From assembly GCF_963921235.1 (NCBI RefSeq), contig NC_086097.1, positions 129,086,001 through 129,150,000 on the forward strand: a stretch of 64,000 bases of DNA, read 5' to 3'. A program made the position numbers and the translations under genes. The DNA comes from Mobula hypostoma. Taxonomy: Eukaryota. The notes under the pieces are model-generated. The model ran no database searches. It saw only the letters and a list, made by a program, of their open reading frames with translations, and was not told where the DNA came from. Shown piece after piece: positions 1 to 12,849 of this stretch. Each line of letters opens with the position of its first letter. Position 1 is the first letter of the stretch.

Positions 1-1650
1 CTACAGAATAGTAACCATACCAGAATCAATGAAAGTTCAGCCAGAGCACAGAAGACTACAAACTATGCAAATATAAATAAATAACAATAAATAATGAGAA
101 CATGAGATAATGAGATAAAGAGTCCTTAAAGTGAGATTATTGATTGTAGGAACATTTTAATGATGGAGCAAGTGAAGTTGAGTGTAGTTATCCTCTTTTA
201 TTGAAGAGCCTGATAGTTGAGGGGTTTTAACTGTTCTTGAACCTGGTGGTGCAAGTTCTAAGGCTCTTATACCTTCCACCTGATGGCAGCAATGAGAAGA
301 TATTAGATTAGATTAGATTATGAGGACACGCAGTCCTCTTTTATTGTCATTTAGTAATGCATGCATTCAGAAATGATACAGTATTCCTCCGGTGTGATAT
401 CACAGAAACACAGGACAGACCAAGACTGAAAAACTGACAAAAACCACATAATCATAACATATAGTTACAACAGTGCAAGCAATACCGTAACTTGATGAAG
501 AACAGGCCATGAGCACGGTAAAAAAGTTCAAAGTCTCTCGAAAGTCCCACATCTCACGCAGACGGGAGAAGGAAGAAAACTCTCCATGCCATACCCGACC
601 ACAGTCCGACTCTGAGTTGTCCGAAAACTTCAAGCTCCGACCAGCCCTCCGACACCAAGCACCGAGCACCATCTCTGCCGAGCGCTTCGACCCCAGCCCC
701 AGCTGCCAGAGCATGACTTGGTCGGAGGATGTCTGATCATGGATGCTGTTTTCCATCGACACAGTTTCATATAGATGTGCTCAATGGTGGGGAGGGATTT
801 ACCCCAATGGACTGGGCCGAATCCACTACTTTCAGCAGGATTTTCCTTTCAAAGACATCAGTGTTTCCTTACCAGGCTGTGATGCGGCCAGACAATACAC
901 TCTCCACTACTCATCTACAGAAATTTGTTTAAGTTTTAGATGTCATGCCAAATCTCTGCAAACTCCTGAGGAAGTAGAGGCAATTGCAGTTGCGTGCTGG
1001 GTCCAGATCAGGTCCTTTGAAATAGTAATACCCAGGAATTTAAAGTTGCTAACCCTCTCCACCTCTGATCCTCTGATGAGGGCAGGTTTCCTTCTCCTTA
1101 GTCTTACGGACATTGAGTGAGAGGTTGTTGTTATGACAGCACTCAACCCCATATGTTGATTCATCACCACCTATGATTCTGCCCATGACAGTGGTGTCAT
1201 CTGCAAATTTGAATAAGGCATTGGAGCTATGCTTAGCCACACAGTCATATGTGTAAAGAGAGTAGAACAGGGGGCTAAGCACACAGCCCTGTGGTGCACT
1301 TGTGCTAGAGGAGATTGTGGAAGAGGTGTAATTGCCAATCAAAATTGACTAGGGTCTACAAGTGAGGAAATCCAGGATCCAATTGCACAAGGAGGTACTG
1401 AGTCCAAAATCTTGGAGCAGATGATGGTATTGGATGCTGAGCTGTAGTCGATAAAGAGCATCCTGATGAATGTGTGTTCAGATGTTCCAGGATTGATTGA
1501 AGAGCCAATAAACGATAACGGCAGTTGGCAAATTGGTGCGGATCCAAGTCGCCTCTCTCAGGCAGCAGCTGATATGTTTCATCACCAACTTCTCAAACAC
1601 TTCATCTCTGTGCATGTAAATGCAACTGGGTGATAGTCACTGAGGCAAGG
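1..1650 (-). mobile_element. Rex1/Babar-type LINE, decayed RT and 3' region (interrupted at about 302-708)
   Basis: ORFs 1049..1342 and 943..1170 carry APQGCVLSPLFYSLYTYDC, FKFADDTTV and VERVSNFKFLGITIS, with frameshifts. Confidence 0.85.
302..708 (-). repeat. Non-autonomous retroposon with (TCTAA)n tail; 5'-truncated copy of the family at 40121-40740
   Basis: Begins ttagattagattagattatgaggacacgcagtcctc and aligns by eye in inverted orientation to about 40390-40740. It interrupts the Rex1 element. Confidence 0.75.
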
Positions 1651-2945
1651 TCACGACTATGTAGTGTGATTTACAGCATTAGCTTCCTCCATTGACCTCT
1701 TTCCTTAAATCACACCAGTAGTATTCACTGAAAAAATGGAGGGACAACCACCTCCAAGTCCTCGTACATATTATTGGTTAACAGGATACAGAGATATAAA
1801 CAAGATACTGGAGAAACTCAGCTATCAGGCAGCTTCTGTAAAGGGAAACAGGCAATCAACATTTCTAGTCAAGACCACTCATCTGGGTTTAAAAAGTAGA
1901 GGGGAAATAACTAGTATAAAGAGGTGAGGAGAAAGACGTGGCCTGCCCTGTGTGTGATCCTAGACCCCAGCAATGTGGCTTAGTCTCAAATGTCCTCTGA
2001 ATTGGAAGCCATCCAATTTGAAGACAATAGGAGGAGCAGTAAAGAATGCCATTGACATAATCGTGGAATGAATCAAATTTTGTGTGAGAGTTGTACTTCC
2101 AGTGGAGCTTAAGAGGAACCTGGAATAGGGATGAAGGAGAAAGAAATAGACGGATGTGCTCATGTCATGGGTTGTAATAACTAGAGTGAGCAAGACCTTA
2201 TGTGAATCATTACCATCAGTACTCACTGGGAAAGCTGGTCAATGTTATTTTTAAAATCACACTGTGTAATGTCTAAGTTTGTATATTACAATGTTCAATT
2301 GTTTAATTTAAGCTTGTTAGTTTATACCACACTTTAGAATCACAAATAGATACCAATGCAATCTAAAAAAATTCCACTCTCATTCTAATTTATTTCATAT
2401 ATAAATCTGGAATCCGGACAAATGCAGAGGATTAGATTGTATTTAGATACTTCACGTGATTCACCCTAGGGGGTCCACCATGATTTAAACAGCAACTTTT
2501 CAAACTTGACATTTAATCCTTGTCTATAAATCACTCAAGACCTATTATTCATTATTATAAGGGCACGGTATTTTTTATTATGAATAAAATGAAATACAAA
2601 TGCAGTGAAATATGTAATGTCATTTCTGCAGATTTCTTAACACTACCTCACAAGTTTTCCCAATCACACACAGCACAAAAGTACCATAGACAAGAATGTA
2701 ATTATTGGATCAAAGAATACATAAGACAGTTTTGCTTATAAATGGGTATTTTAGGAAAAGGGAATGTATTAGTAAAATAATGCTTTTTATATTTGAATTA
2801 TAATTCAGCAGTTGCTTGATGCCTGTAGACAATGATGGAGGCATGCTGTTCAGTTTCTTGTCTGTATTTGTTATGTCAATGCATTTTAACTGAATGAACT
2901 TTTGGAAAAAACTATAGCATCAGAGCCTGATTAATGTTCCGATAA

Positions 2946-3420
2946 GTCCATAAGATATAGGAGCTGAATTAGGCCATTCAGCCCATCAAGTCAGCTCCAC
3001 CATTCAAACATGGCTGATGTTTTTATTCAATCTCTTGTCTTTTGCTCATCTCTCTTAACCTCCTTACAGTCAAAAAATTATCAATCTCTGCCTTGATTAC
3101 ACCCAATGGCTTGCTCTTCACATCCCTCTGTGGTTGAAGAAATTCCTCCATGTCTCAGTTCTATTTATTCTGAGGCTGTGCCCTCAGATCCGAGATTCTC
3201 CTATTAATGGAAATACCAATTTTTTTCCAGGCCTTTCAGTATTTGGAAGGTTTCAATGTGCCTCCCCTCATCCTTCTGAAGTTCACCGAGTAATAGCTAC
3301 AAACCATCAGATGCTCCTCATGCGTTAAGCCTTTCATTCCTAGGGTCATTCTAGTAAACCTCCAAATCCTCTCCAGGACCAGCACATCTTTTCTTATGGG
3401 ACAGATAACTGCTCATAGTT
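2946..3420 (-). mobile_element. CR1 LINE 3' fragment
   Basis: Starts with cataagatataggagctgaattaggccattcagccc, the reverse complement of the CR1 3' end seen in the other copies. Confidence 0.75.
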
Positions 3421-3429
3421 TCTTTTGGA

Positions 3430-4000
3430 ATTAAGATAAGGAATGCCCTGTGCATTCTGTAAATCCTGTGGTTACAAGAGGAGGTCAGAGGCAGGGTGTC
3501 CTCTGGCGTGTGATTCACTTTTTGACACAGCAAAGGCTTCCCACCATTTACAAGGTCCGCGTAAGTCATAAGTGTGGCAGAATGCTCTGCATTTGTTTGA
3601 AAGACAGTAGTTCCATCAATACTCAAGAAGCTGGGTATTATGCAGCACAAGGCACCCTTAGATACTTACATGGATTTTGTGTGTTGACTCATCTACCCAT
3701 TGTTAATGTTTTGATTCACATAAGCCCCTGACCACTCTGGTTATTCAATCATTCCCTTCCACATGAGTGCACTCCAGCCACAATATGTACCACGTACAAA
3801 ATGCTGATTTGGAAATATATTGCTGTCTCTTTATGATTGTTGGCATAAATCCTGCTACTTCTCCCCAACAGTACTATGTGCACATCTTCACCAGAGAACT
3901 GCAGCAATTCAAGGAGATAGTCACCACCACCTTCTCGAGATCATCTATGCATGGCTAACAAAAGTTTATCTTGTCAGTGATGCACCTATCCTGAAATATA
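3430..4000 (+). mobile_element. Old LINE (CR1/L2-like) 3' fragment; related pieces on the minus strand at about 4020-4170 and 12400-12780
   Basis: Decayed LINE C-terminus (TQQRLPTIYKVRV...; ELQQFKEIVTTTFS) and a tail shared with the SINE at 36470-36780. Confidence 0.55.
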
Positions 4001-4354
4001 TCACAGCAAGATTGGAGGCCCATTCCTAGTTCTCCTTGGTGCTGAGTTGCCTTTTGAATCGCTGCAATACTTGTGGTGATGATGCTCTTTCATTCTGCTA
4101 GATAGCAAACTTCAGCATTCTGACCTGGCTGTGATGAAGAAAAGACATGGTACATCCAAGTCACAGTGACATTTAAGGAGCACTACCACGCTCCCAGGGG
4201 AGAGCTAATGGTATCATTTAGGGCAAGGGCAGGTCAATGGAAGAGATATTACACAGCCAATCAACACTTCATTACAGTCTACACGAAGGGTCTCAACTCA
4301 AAACATCAATTTTCTGTTTCCCTCCTCAGATGTAGTCTGATTTGACAAGCTTGT

Positions 4355-7118
4355 CAGAGCTGTTGGGGAGGGTTTAATCTAACTTGGCAGGGGGAATGGG
4401 TACTCCAATGATAAGGCTGAGGATGGGGCAGTTGGTACACAAGTAGATACAGTGTGCAGTGAGACTGTGAGGAAGGACAGGCAAATGATAAGGAAAAATT
4501 GCAGTCAGTGGGATGAGTTGAAGTGTAACATGGGGGTAAAATCGAAAAGGGTGGTGAACACAGGACTCAAGGTGTCTTTTCAGCACAATTAGAGATTGGC
4601 AGGTACGACATTGTGGGCATCACTGAGCACTAGCTGAAAGAAGATCATTATCGGGAGCTTAACATGTAATAATGCACCTTGTATCGAAAGGACAGGCAGG
4701 TAGGCAGAGGGGTGAGTTGACACTGTTGGTAAAAGAGAAATCACATCCTTAGAAAGAGGTGAAAAAGGATCAGATAATCTAGAATCCTTTTAGGTAGAAT
4801 TAAGAAATTGCAAGGATAAAAAATTGTAAGGGTTAAGAAACTGATGGGCGTTGAATACAGGCCTCGTAACAATAGCCAGGATGTGAGATACAAACAGAAT
4901 GGGAGATAGAAAAGGGATGTAAAAATGGCAATGTTACGATATTCATGGGGGATTTCAATAGGCAGTTAAATTGGGAAAATTAGGTTGGTGCTAGATCACA
5001 AGAGCAGGAATTTGTAGAATGCCTATGAGATGGCTTTTTAGAGCAGCTGGTGGTTGAGCCCAGTAGGGGATCAGCTATTCTGGATTGGGCGTTGTGTAAT
5101 GAACCAAGTTTGATTAGGGAGCTTAAGGTAAGGGAACTCTTAGGTAGCAGTGATCATAATAATGATAGAATTCACCACACAACTTGAGAGGGAGAAGATA
5201 AAGTCAGATATATCAGTATTATAGTGGCATAAAGGGAATTACAGAGGCATGAGAGAAGAGCTGGCCAAAGTTGATTGAAAGCGGACACTAGCAGGGATAA
5301 CGGCAGAACAACAATGGCTGGAGTTTCTGGGGCCAATTTGGAATGTGCGGGATAGAAATATCCCAAAGATGAATAAGTATTCTAAAGGGGGGAGGGGGGA
5401 GGGGGGATGAGGCAACCGTGGCCGACAGCAGAAGTCAAACACAGTGTAAAAACAAAGGAGAGAGCATACAATACAGCAACAATTTGTGGGAAGTTAGAGG
5501 ATTGGGAAGCTTTTAAAGACCAACAGAAGGCATCTAAAAAAGCCATAAAGAGAGAAAAGATCAAATACGTGGGCAAGCTAGCTGATAATGTAAAAGTATT
5601 ATTTAAATATAGTATTATTTAAAGATACCAAAATATTTTTTTAAATATAAGAAGAGTAAAAGAAAGTTGAGAGTGGATATCAGACCACTGGAAAATGACA
5701 CTGGAGAGGTAGCAATGGGGGATAAAGAAATGGCAAAGGAACTCAATAAATATTTTGCACCAATCTTCACTAATGGAAGTCACTAGCAGTATACCAGAAA
5801 CTTGAGCGTATCAGGTGACAGAAGTGATTACTAGGGAGAAGGTGCTTGGGAAGATGAAAGGTCTGAAGGTAGATGAATCACCTGGACTAGATGGACTACA
5901 CCCTGGAGTTCTGAAAGAGGTAGATGAAGAGACTGTGGACGCATTAGTAATGATCCTTCAAGAATTACTAGGTTCTGGAATGGTTCCAGAGGACTGGAAA
6001 TTTGCAAATTTGTCACTCCATTTTTAAGAAGACTGGGGGGAGGCAGAAGAAAAAAAATTATAATCTAAACCTGACATCAGTGGTTGGGAAGATGTTGGAG
6101 TTCATTACTAACCATGAGGTTAGGGGTGCTTGGATGCACATGATAAAATAGGCCAAAGTCAGCATGCTTTCCTTAAGGGGAAATCTTGCTTGAGAACTTG
6201 GTTGTAATTCTTTGAGGAAATTACAGCCAAGATGGACAATGGAGAGTCAGTGCATGTTGTTGAGTTGTATTTTCACAATGCCTTTGACAAGGTGCGACAT
6301 ATGAGGCTGCTTAACAAGGTAAAAGCTCATAGCATTACAGGAAAGACACTAGCATGGATAGACGATCAGCCAACTGGCAGGAGGCGAAGAGTGGGAATAA
6401 ATGGAGCCTTTTCTGATTGGCTGAGAGTGACTAGTAGTGTTCCACATAGGTCTGTGCTGGGACCACTTCTTTTCACATTATATGTGAATGATTTGGAGGA
6501 CAAAATTGAAGACTTTGTGGCTAAGTTTGCAGATGATACAAAGATAGGTAGTGTTGAGGAAGCAGAGAGTCTGCAACAAGATTTAGCCAGAGTGGGAGAA
6601 TGGGCAAAGAAGTGGCAAATGGAATGTAGTGTAGGGAAGTGTATGATCATGCACTTCGGTAGAAAGATTAAAGACGTGTACTTATTTTCTTTGCTTTCTA
6701 GCTGTCTGTAAGGAGAGGAATCTCAAGGTTGTATAAAGTATACATACTTTGATAATAAATGTACTTTGAACTTTGAGTGGATGAAGGGAGGATGCTTCCT
6801 GCAGTGGGTGACTCCGGGACCAGAGAGCACAGCCTTAGGCTAGAGGGATATCCATTTATAACAGAGATGAGGAGGAATTTCTTCAGCCAGAGGGTAGTGA
6901 ATCTGTTGAATTCTTTGCCAAAGGTGGCTGTGTAGGCCAAGTATCAAGGTATACTTAAAACAGAGGTTGATAGATTCTTGATTAGTCAGGGCATCAAAGG
7001 TTAAAGAGAGAAGGTAGGAGAAGGCAGTTAAGAGGGATAATAAATTAGCCATGATGGAATGGTGCAGCAGACTCAATGGGCAAAATGGCCTAATTCTGCT
7101 CCAATGTTTTATAGTCTT
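4355..7118 (+). mobile_element. CR1 LINE, ORF1 end plus near-complete decayed ORF2 (APE endonuclease and RT) and 3' UTR; small Rex-type tail inserted at about 6710-6775
   Basis: SPGLDGLHPGVLKEV, FHNAFDKVRHMRLL, VPHRSVLGPLLFTLYVNDL and KFADDTKIG, plus an MGDFN-like endonuclease motif near 4945. Many stops. Confidence 0.93.
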
Positions 7119-7589
7119 GTGATCAATTAAGTTTCTGCAGCATCGTTTGTTGTTCTGTATTTTCAATATACTGCTTTCAATGCATGTCTATATGAGTCAG
7201 GAAATCTACTTTATTGGATTTACGTCAAGATATTGACAGGAATCAACCCTGATGTGTCTAAGAGCTAACAAAGTTACAAAGTTATGTGAAGTCAAGTTAT
7301 GACAGTGGCTCAATACGTTGCAGTAGATGTCCTTACTTAAACATGTTTGGACACATTTAGGTTTCAAAAACATGTTGCCTGGCAAGTTTTCTTTTGCGTG
7401 AGTAAGCTGATAATGACGCAATCTGATTCCTTGCTGAAGCCTGATAATAGGATTAAGAAATAGATGGAGGATCAAGAGAGTGAATTAGAATCAATGAATT
7501 CAGTGTCAAGAGAGATGGAGAGAGAAATAAAGGGAGGGGAGAAAAAGATTAGTGTCATGGAGTTATCGGGTCATATAAAAAGGAAACAG

Positions 7590-8235
7590 GCTCTTAGCTC
7601 AACAGCTCCATGCAGATTAAGATGTCCATTTGCCCAAGAATGGTCCTTATCCCACTAAGCATTTCCTATCCATGTACTACCTATGTCTGAGAGTCTTTTA
7701 ACTATTTTCGGGGTACTTCCCTCAACCACTTCCTTTGCTAACTCATTCTATATATCAATCAATCTGTGGGTAAAGAAGTTGCCCCCCAGGTTCGTATTAA
7801 ATCTCTCCCCTTTCATCTTAAATCTATGCCCTCTGATTATGTGAACCCCTGCAGAGTAAGATCTAGAGTTAACTCAGGCTCAAAATGAACAAGACGACAC
7901 AAACAAAATCCAAAAAACAAGATCACAAACAGTAGAACTAGAAATGGAACTCCTACAATTAAGCACTGACTGCTTGGCATGAGGCCTTTAAGTAAAGGCA
8001 TCCCATGAAGGAATGTGGCAGGCAATATTTGGCAGTCTGAGTCTTAAAGGGACAGAGGCAGCTAACCACACTCCAGGGAACTAGTGTGTCGAAATTTGGA
8101 TGCCTGCCACTGTTCAGTCGGGACCATGACAACTTAATTCTCCAACCCTAGAAAAAAGAATCTGCACATTGATCATATCTATGTCCCTCTACAAGATCAC
8201 CTCTCACTACGTTGCAGTCCAATGAATAACAAGAA
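7590..8235 (-). mobile_element. CR1 3' fragment interrupted at about 7840-8131 by a probable solo LTR
   Basis: CR1 3' sequence breaks at ctatgccctctgatt and resumes at aattctccaacccta. The insert ends ...accatgaca. TSD not clear. Confidence 0.5.
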
Positions 8236-8359
8236 TAAATAGAAATAGAAATAGAGAAAGGATAGAGAAGATTGTTTCCAATTTCTGTTTTGACATTTTA
8301 AAAATCTCTCCAAAACCAATTTACAGTTTTGTGGAATGAAACAGAACACTTTATCAATG

Positions 8360-11300
8360 TAAACATGAGAAATTCCGCAGACGCTGGAAATCCAAAGCAA
8401 CACACACAAAATGCTAGAGGAACTTAGGAGTTCCAGCGACATCTATGGAAATGAATAAGCAGTTGGTGTTTCAGGCTGAGACCCTTCTTTGGGATGGGAA
8501 AGGAAGAGGAAGATGACAGAATAAAAAGGTGGTGGGAAGGGAAGGAGGATGCTGAGAAGGTGATAGGTGAAGCCAGGTAGGTAGGAAAGGTAAAGTGCTA
8601 GAGAGGAGGGAATCAGATAAGGGAGTGGACCATAGGATAAATGGCAGGAAAACACAGCCCAGCAGGAGGTGATAGGCGGGTGAGAAGAGGTAAGAGGCCA
8701 AAATGGGGAATAGAAGAAGAGGGGAGGGGGAGAGAGAATACATTTTTTAACCAGAAGGAGAAATCGATATTCATGCCATCAGGTTGGAGACTACCCAGAC
8801 AGAATATAAGGTATTGCTCCTCCACCCTGCGCATGGCCTCATCGTCACACAATAGGAGGCCACGGACAAACATATTAGAACAGGAATGGAAACTTGAATT
8901 AAAATGTTTGGCCACCGGGAAGTTCCGCTTTTGACAGATGGAGTGGAGGTGCTTGACGAAGCAGTCCCCAATTTACAAAGGTTCTCATCAACGTTGAGGA
9001 GCCTGCATCAAGAGCACCAAACATAATAGATGGCCAGCAGATTTGCAGGTGAAGTGTTGCCTCAACTGGAAGGAATACTTGGGGCACTGAATGGAGGTGA
9101 GGGAGGAGGTGATGGGCAGGTGTGGCACTTTGGCATGCATGCAGGGATAAGTAGCAGGAGGGAGGTTAGTGGGGAAGAACGAATGGACAAGGGAATCACA
9201 GAGGAGTAATCCTCGCAGAAAACAGAGTGAGGTTAGGAGGAAAAGATCTATTTAGTAGTAGGATTCTTTTCGAGATGGTGCAAGTTGTGGAGGAAGATGT
9301 CTTGAATGCAAAGGATCATGGAGTGGTATACATATTCAGGTGCCTTGCCATTCAACGTGGGCGATCATGTCTCTCCATCCATCACGGTCCCTGACCCTCC
9401 GAATTGTAGTTGTTGCCTCCTCTGTTTCTAACCATGATGTTATTCTATCTGTCATTTTCATTCTCTGTCTGCCTCTGTTTCTTTTCCCTACCAGCTTTCC
9501 AGTTGTAACTAAGTGTTCTAATGTCTCTCTTCGCATGATGTATCCAAAGAATTTTGATTGCTGTTTTCGTTCTCTGTAGAACTTCTTCATTGGTTATCCT
9601 GTCCGTATATGATATGCATAGCATTCTTCTGAGGAACCACATCTCTGCTGCGTTGATTCTGTTTCCATTGCATTTGTGATGGTTCATGACTCGCAGCCAT
9701 ACATCAATATAGGAAGAATATAGCAGCTGAGAGTTCTAAGGCGGATGTCAATTGCTATTTTCTTGTTCGTTAGGAAGTTTCTCATTCCTGTAAATGCTGT
9801 TCTTGCCTTTGCTATTCTTGCTTTTATGTCTGTTTCGCATTTGCTATCAGATATTACCCATGATCCAAGGTACCTGAAGTTGTGAACTTGTTTCAGAATT
9901 TCATTTCCCAATATGATCCTACCGTTTGGGATATCAGGTTTCTGTGATACTACCATTACTTCAGTTTTCTCTTTGTTTAAGTTTAGGCCAAGTCTTTCGC
10001 TCTCTGTGTTATGGTAGATACTAGTTTCTGTAAATGTACTGGGGTGGTAGGTAAGGACAAAAGGAACTCTATCCCTATTAAGGTGTCAGGAAGATAGGAT
10101 GAGCATGGATGTCTGGGAAATGGAGGTGATGCAGGTGAAGGCAGCATCAATGGTGGAGGAAGGGAAACCCCATTCTTTGAAAGAAGACATCTCTGACGTC
10201 CCGGAAAGGAAAGACGCACCCTGGGAGAAAATGCAGCAGAGACGAAGGTATTGAGAAAGGGGAACAGCATTTTTACAGGAGACAGGGTGGGAAGAGGTAT
10301 AATCAAGATAATCCTGGGAATTGGTAGGTTCATAAAAGATATCGGTTGACAATTTGTCTCCAGAGATGGAGACAGAGAGACCGAGAAAGCAAAGGGAGGT
10401 GTCAGAAATGAACTAAGTGAATTTAAGGGCAGGGTGTAAGAAGGAGGCAAAGTTGATGAAATTGGTGAGTTCAGAATGGATGCATGAAGCAGCACCAATG
10501 CAGTTGTCACTGTAGCAGAGGAAGAGTTGGGGAGCATTACTGGGAAAGGCTTGGAACATGGACTGTTATATGTAGCTAACGAAAAGGCAGGCAGAGCTGG
10601 GGTCCATGCAGGTGCCCATGTTTACTCCTATAAGTCTGGAGAAAGTGGGAGGATCCGAAGGAAAAATTATTGAGGCTAAGGACCAGTTCTGAAAGATGGA
10701 GGAGGGTGATGGTGGAGAGGAAGTGAGTGGTTCTTTTATTGAGAAAGAAGCGGACGGCTTTAACGCCTTCTTGATGGGGGATAGAAGTGTATAGGGACTG
10801 TACATCGATGATGAAAATGAGCCAGTCAGGATCAGGAATTGAAAGTTAGTGAGGAGATCGAGAGCATGAAAAGTATCATGGATGTAGGTGGGAAGGTACT
10901 GAACCGGGCGGGGGGGGGGGGGGAATGGAATGGAATCGAGGTATGAGGACACATGTTCAGTAAGCCAGGAACAGGCAAAGACAATAGGCCTACCCGGAGA
11001 GTCAGGTTTGTGGATCTTGGGTAGGAGGTCGAAGCGAGCAGTGCAGGGTAAGGGTACTATGAGTTTGGTGGCGGTGGGTGGGAGTTCTACAGAGTTGTTG
11101 AGGTCAGTGGTAGTGTCAGAGGCGTTTTCTGATGGTCTGGAGTGGGGTCCTCTTCAAGGGGTCGGTATGAGGATGTGTCGGAGAGTTGCTGCAACGTAGA
11201 GTTCAGTCTGCCACACGACAACAGCACCCACTTTATCTTCGGGTTTCATGGTAAGGCTGCGATTGGTGTGGCGAGAGAGGAGGGCAGTGCATTCAGAGGG

Positions 11301-11890
11301 GGTAACGTCCAAGGAGGAGAGGGAAGTGCTGAAATCAAGCCGGTTGATGACTCGTCAGCAATTCACGATGATAAGATCCAGAGCGGGGTGTCCAACAAGA
11401 GGAGGAGGGTTGGAGATGGGAGCAGGAGTCATCAGACCGGGGTGTGGAATTCTTGCCAAAGAAGTGGGCTTGGAGAAGGACGTGACAGGAGAGCTCGGTG
11501 TCACGGCAGGCATGGAGCTTGCTGAAGGGGGACAAAGGCAAGACCTTTGCTGAGGACAGAACGTCCCAGCTCAGAAGGGGGTAGTGCAGAGGGAATGGTG
11601 AAGACACGACAAGGATTAGAGCTGGGATCAGTAGGAGGAAGAGAGTTGGTGGTGCCAAAGGGGAAAGGAGTAGGAGGTGGGGTGGGAGGAAGATGTTGGC
11701 TCCAAAAACCCAAGAAGTGATGGTGGAGCCTGAGAGACCTGGGGTTGGAGAGTGGTGATGGGAGATGGAGAACCCAGGGGCCTAGCGGCAGCGAAAAAAC
11801 TCTCAGCCTGGACATGCTGATGGCTGAGGTCCAGGCTGGAGCCAGAGCAAAAGGCCATGTAATTTGCTCTGAAGGTGTCCAGAGTATTAG
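8360..11890 (-). mobile_element. Penelope-like element (PLE): RT, GIY-YIG endonuclease and terminal repeat, decayed; split by an RTE insertion
   Basis: GVNMGTCMDPSSACLFVSY, STDIFYEPTNSQDYLDYTSSHPVSCKNAVPLSQYLRL, AKHFNSSFHSCSNM and EEQYLIFCLGSLQPDGMNIDF are typical PLE RT-thumb and GIY-YIG C-terminal motifs. Confidence 0.88.
9329..10039 (-). mobile_element. RTE-clade LINE 3' fragment inserted in the PLE
   Basis: FRYLGSWVISDSKCETDIKARIAKAR, LMYGCES, AEMWFLRRML and GKRNRGRQRM. Flanked by tggagtggta (9319-9328) and tggggtggta (10040-10049). Confidence 0.9.
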
Positions 11891-12849
11891 GAACTTTTAT
11901 TGACACTCTGGGTAAGAGAAGGTTATTAGCGAATATTACAGTGTGTAAAAGGTATGTATGCTGGCACATTGTTCCAGACACAGATATTTTTCAGTGAATT
12001 TGAGACCACGATGAGTCTCACAGCATGAATTCTGACCACCACTCTGCAGCACAGCAAGGACATTAACAACCCCCAATCACTTGTTTGAAAACAACCGCTT
12101 AATTTCAATCTATTTATTAGTCTGTTGCATAACCAAACCCAGGGAAGGTATTTACTAACAGCTTATTACATATTCACTCAGAGAATATCACTCCAGAATA
12201 TCCTATTGCACTATGCAAATCAGATTAGAAGGATGTTAGTTATGCAGGTAACATCCAAATTCTTGCTTTGTTTAATGTGAATATCAAATAAATTTACTAT
12301 GTAATTTTCCATTTCCCTTCACTGAACAGTAGTTTAACCAAATACTGCAAAGGGAAGTAATCTTTACAGTTAATACCATGTTTTTTTTTAAACATACATA
12401 TTATTCAGGGGATGAGGGCTTCTCAGGGTGAGTCACATTTAATTGCCCAGCCCTCAATGCCTTTCAGAAGGTTGTTGTGAGCTGCCTTCTTGAACGATTG
12501 TGGTCCTTGAGTGGTGGTATACCCAAAATGCAGTTAAAGGAGGAATTCCAGGAGTTTGATGCTGTGACAGTGAAAGAATGGCAATCTATTTCCAAGTCAG
12601 GATTGTGTGTGCCTTGGAGAGCAACTTCCAGGTAATGGCGTTCTCATATTTTTGTTGCCTTTATCCTTCTAGCTGATAGAGGTTGTGGGATTGAAAGGTG
12701 TTGCCTTGGTGGTATACTGCACGGCATCCAATAAATGGTGCAAACTGCTGCTATTGTACTTCGGTGGAGTGAGTGGATGATTGTGAAGACATGCCTATAT
12801 GCAACAATATTTCAGCACAATGAAAGAGAAGAAATCCAATTCTGCAAGC

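Noticed and set aside
9983..11981. Cluster of 100-184 aa Ser/Pro-rich or Gly/Arg-rich ORFs
   Set aside because: Alternative frames and antisense strands of the decayed Penelope-like element.
12202..12220. ctattgcactatgcaaat, resembling a Sox-Oct composite element
   Set aside because: The octamer is perfect, but the Sox half-site and spacing deviate from CATTGTNATGCAAAT. A single motif is not sufficient evidence.
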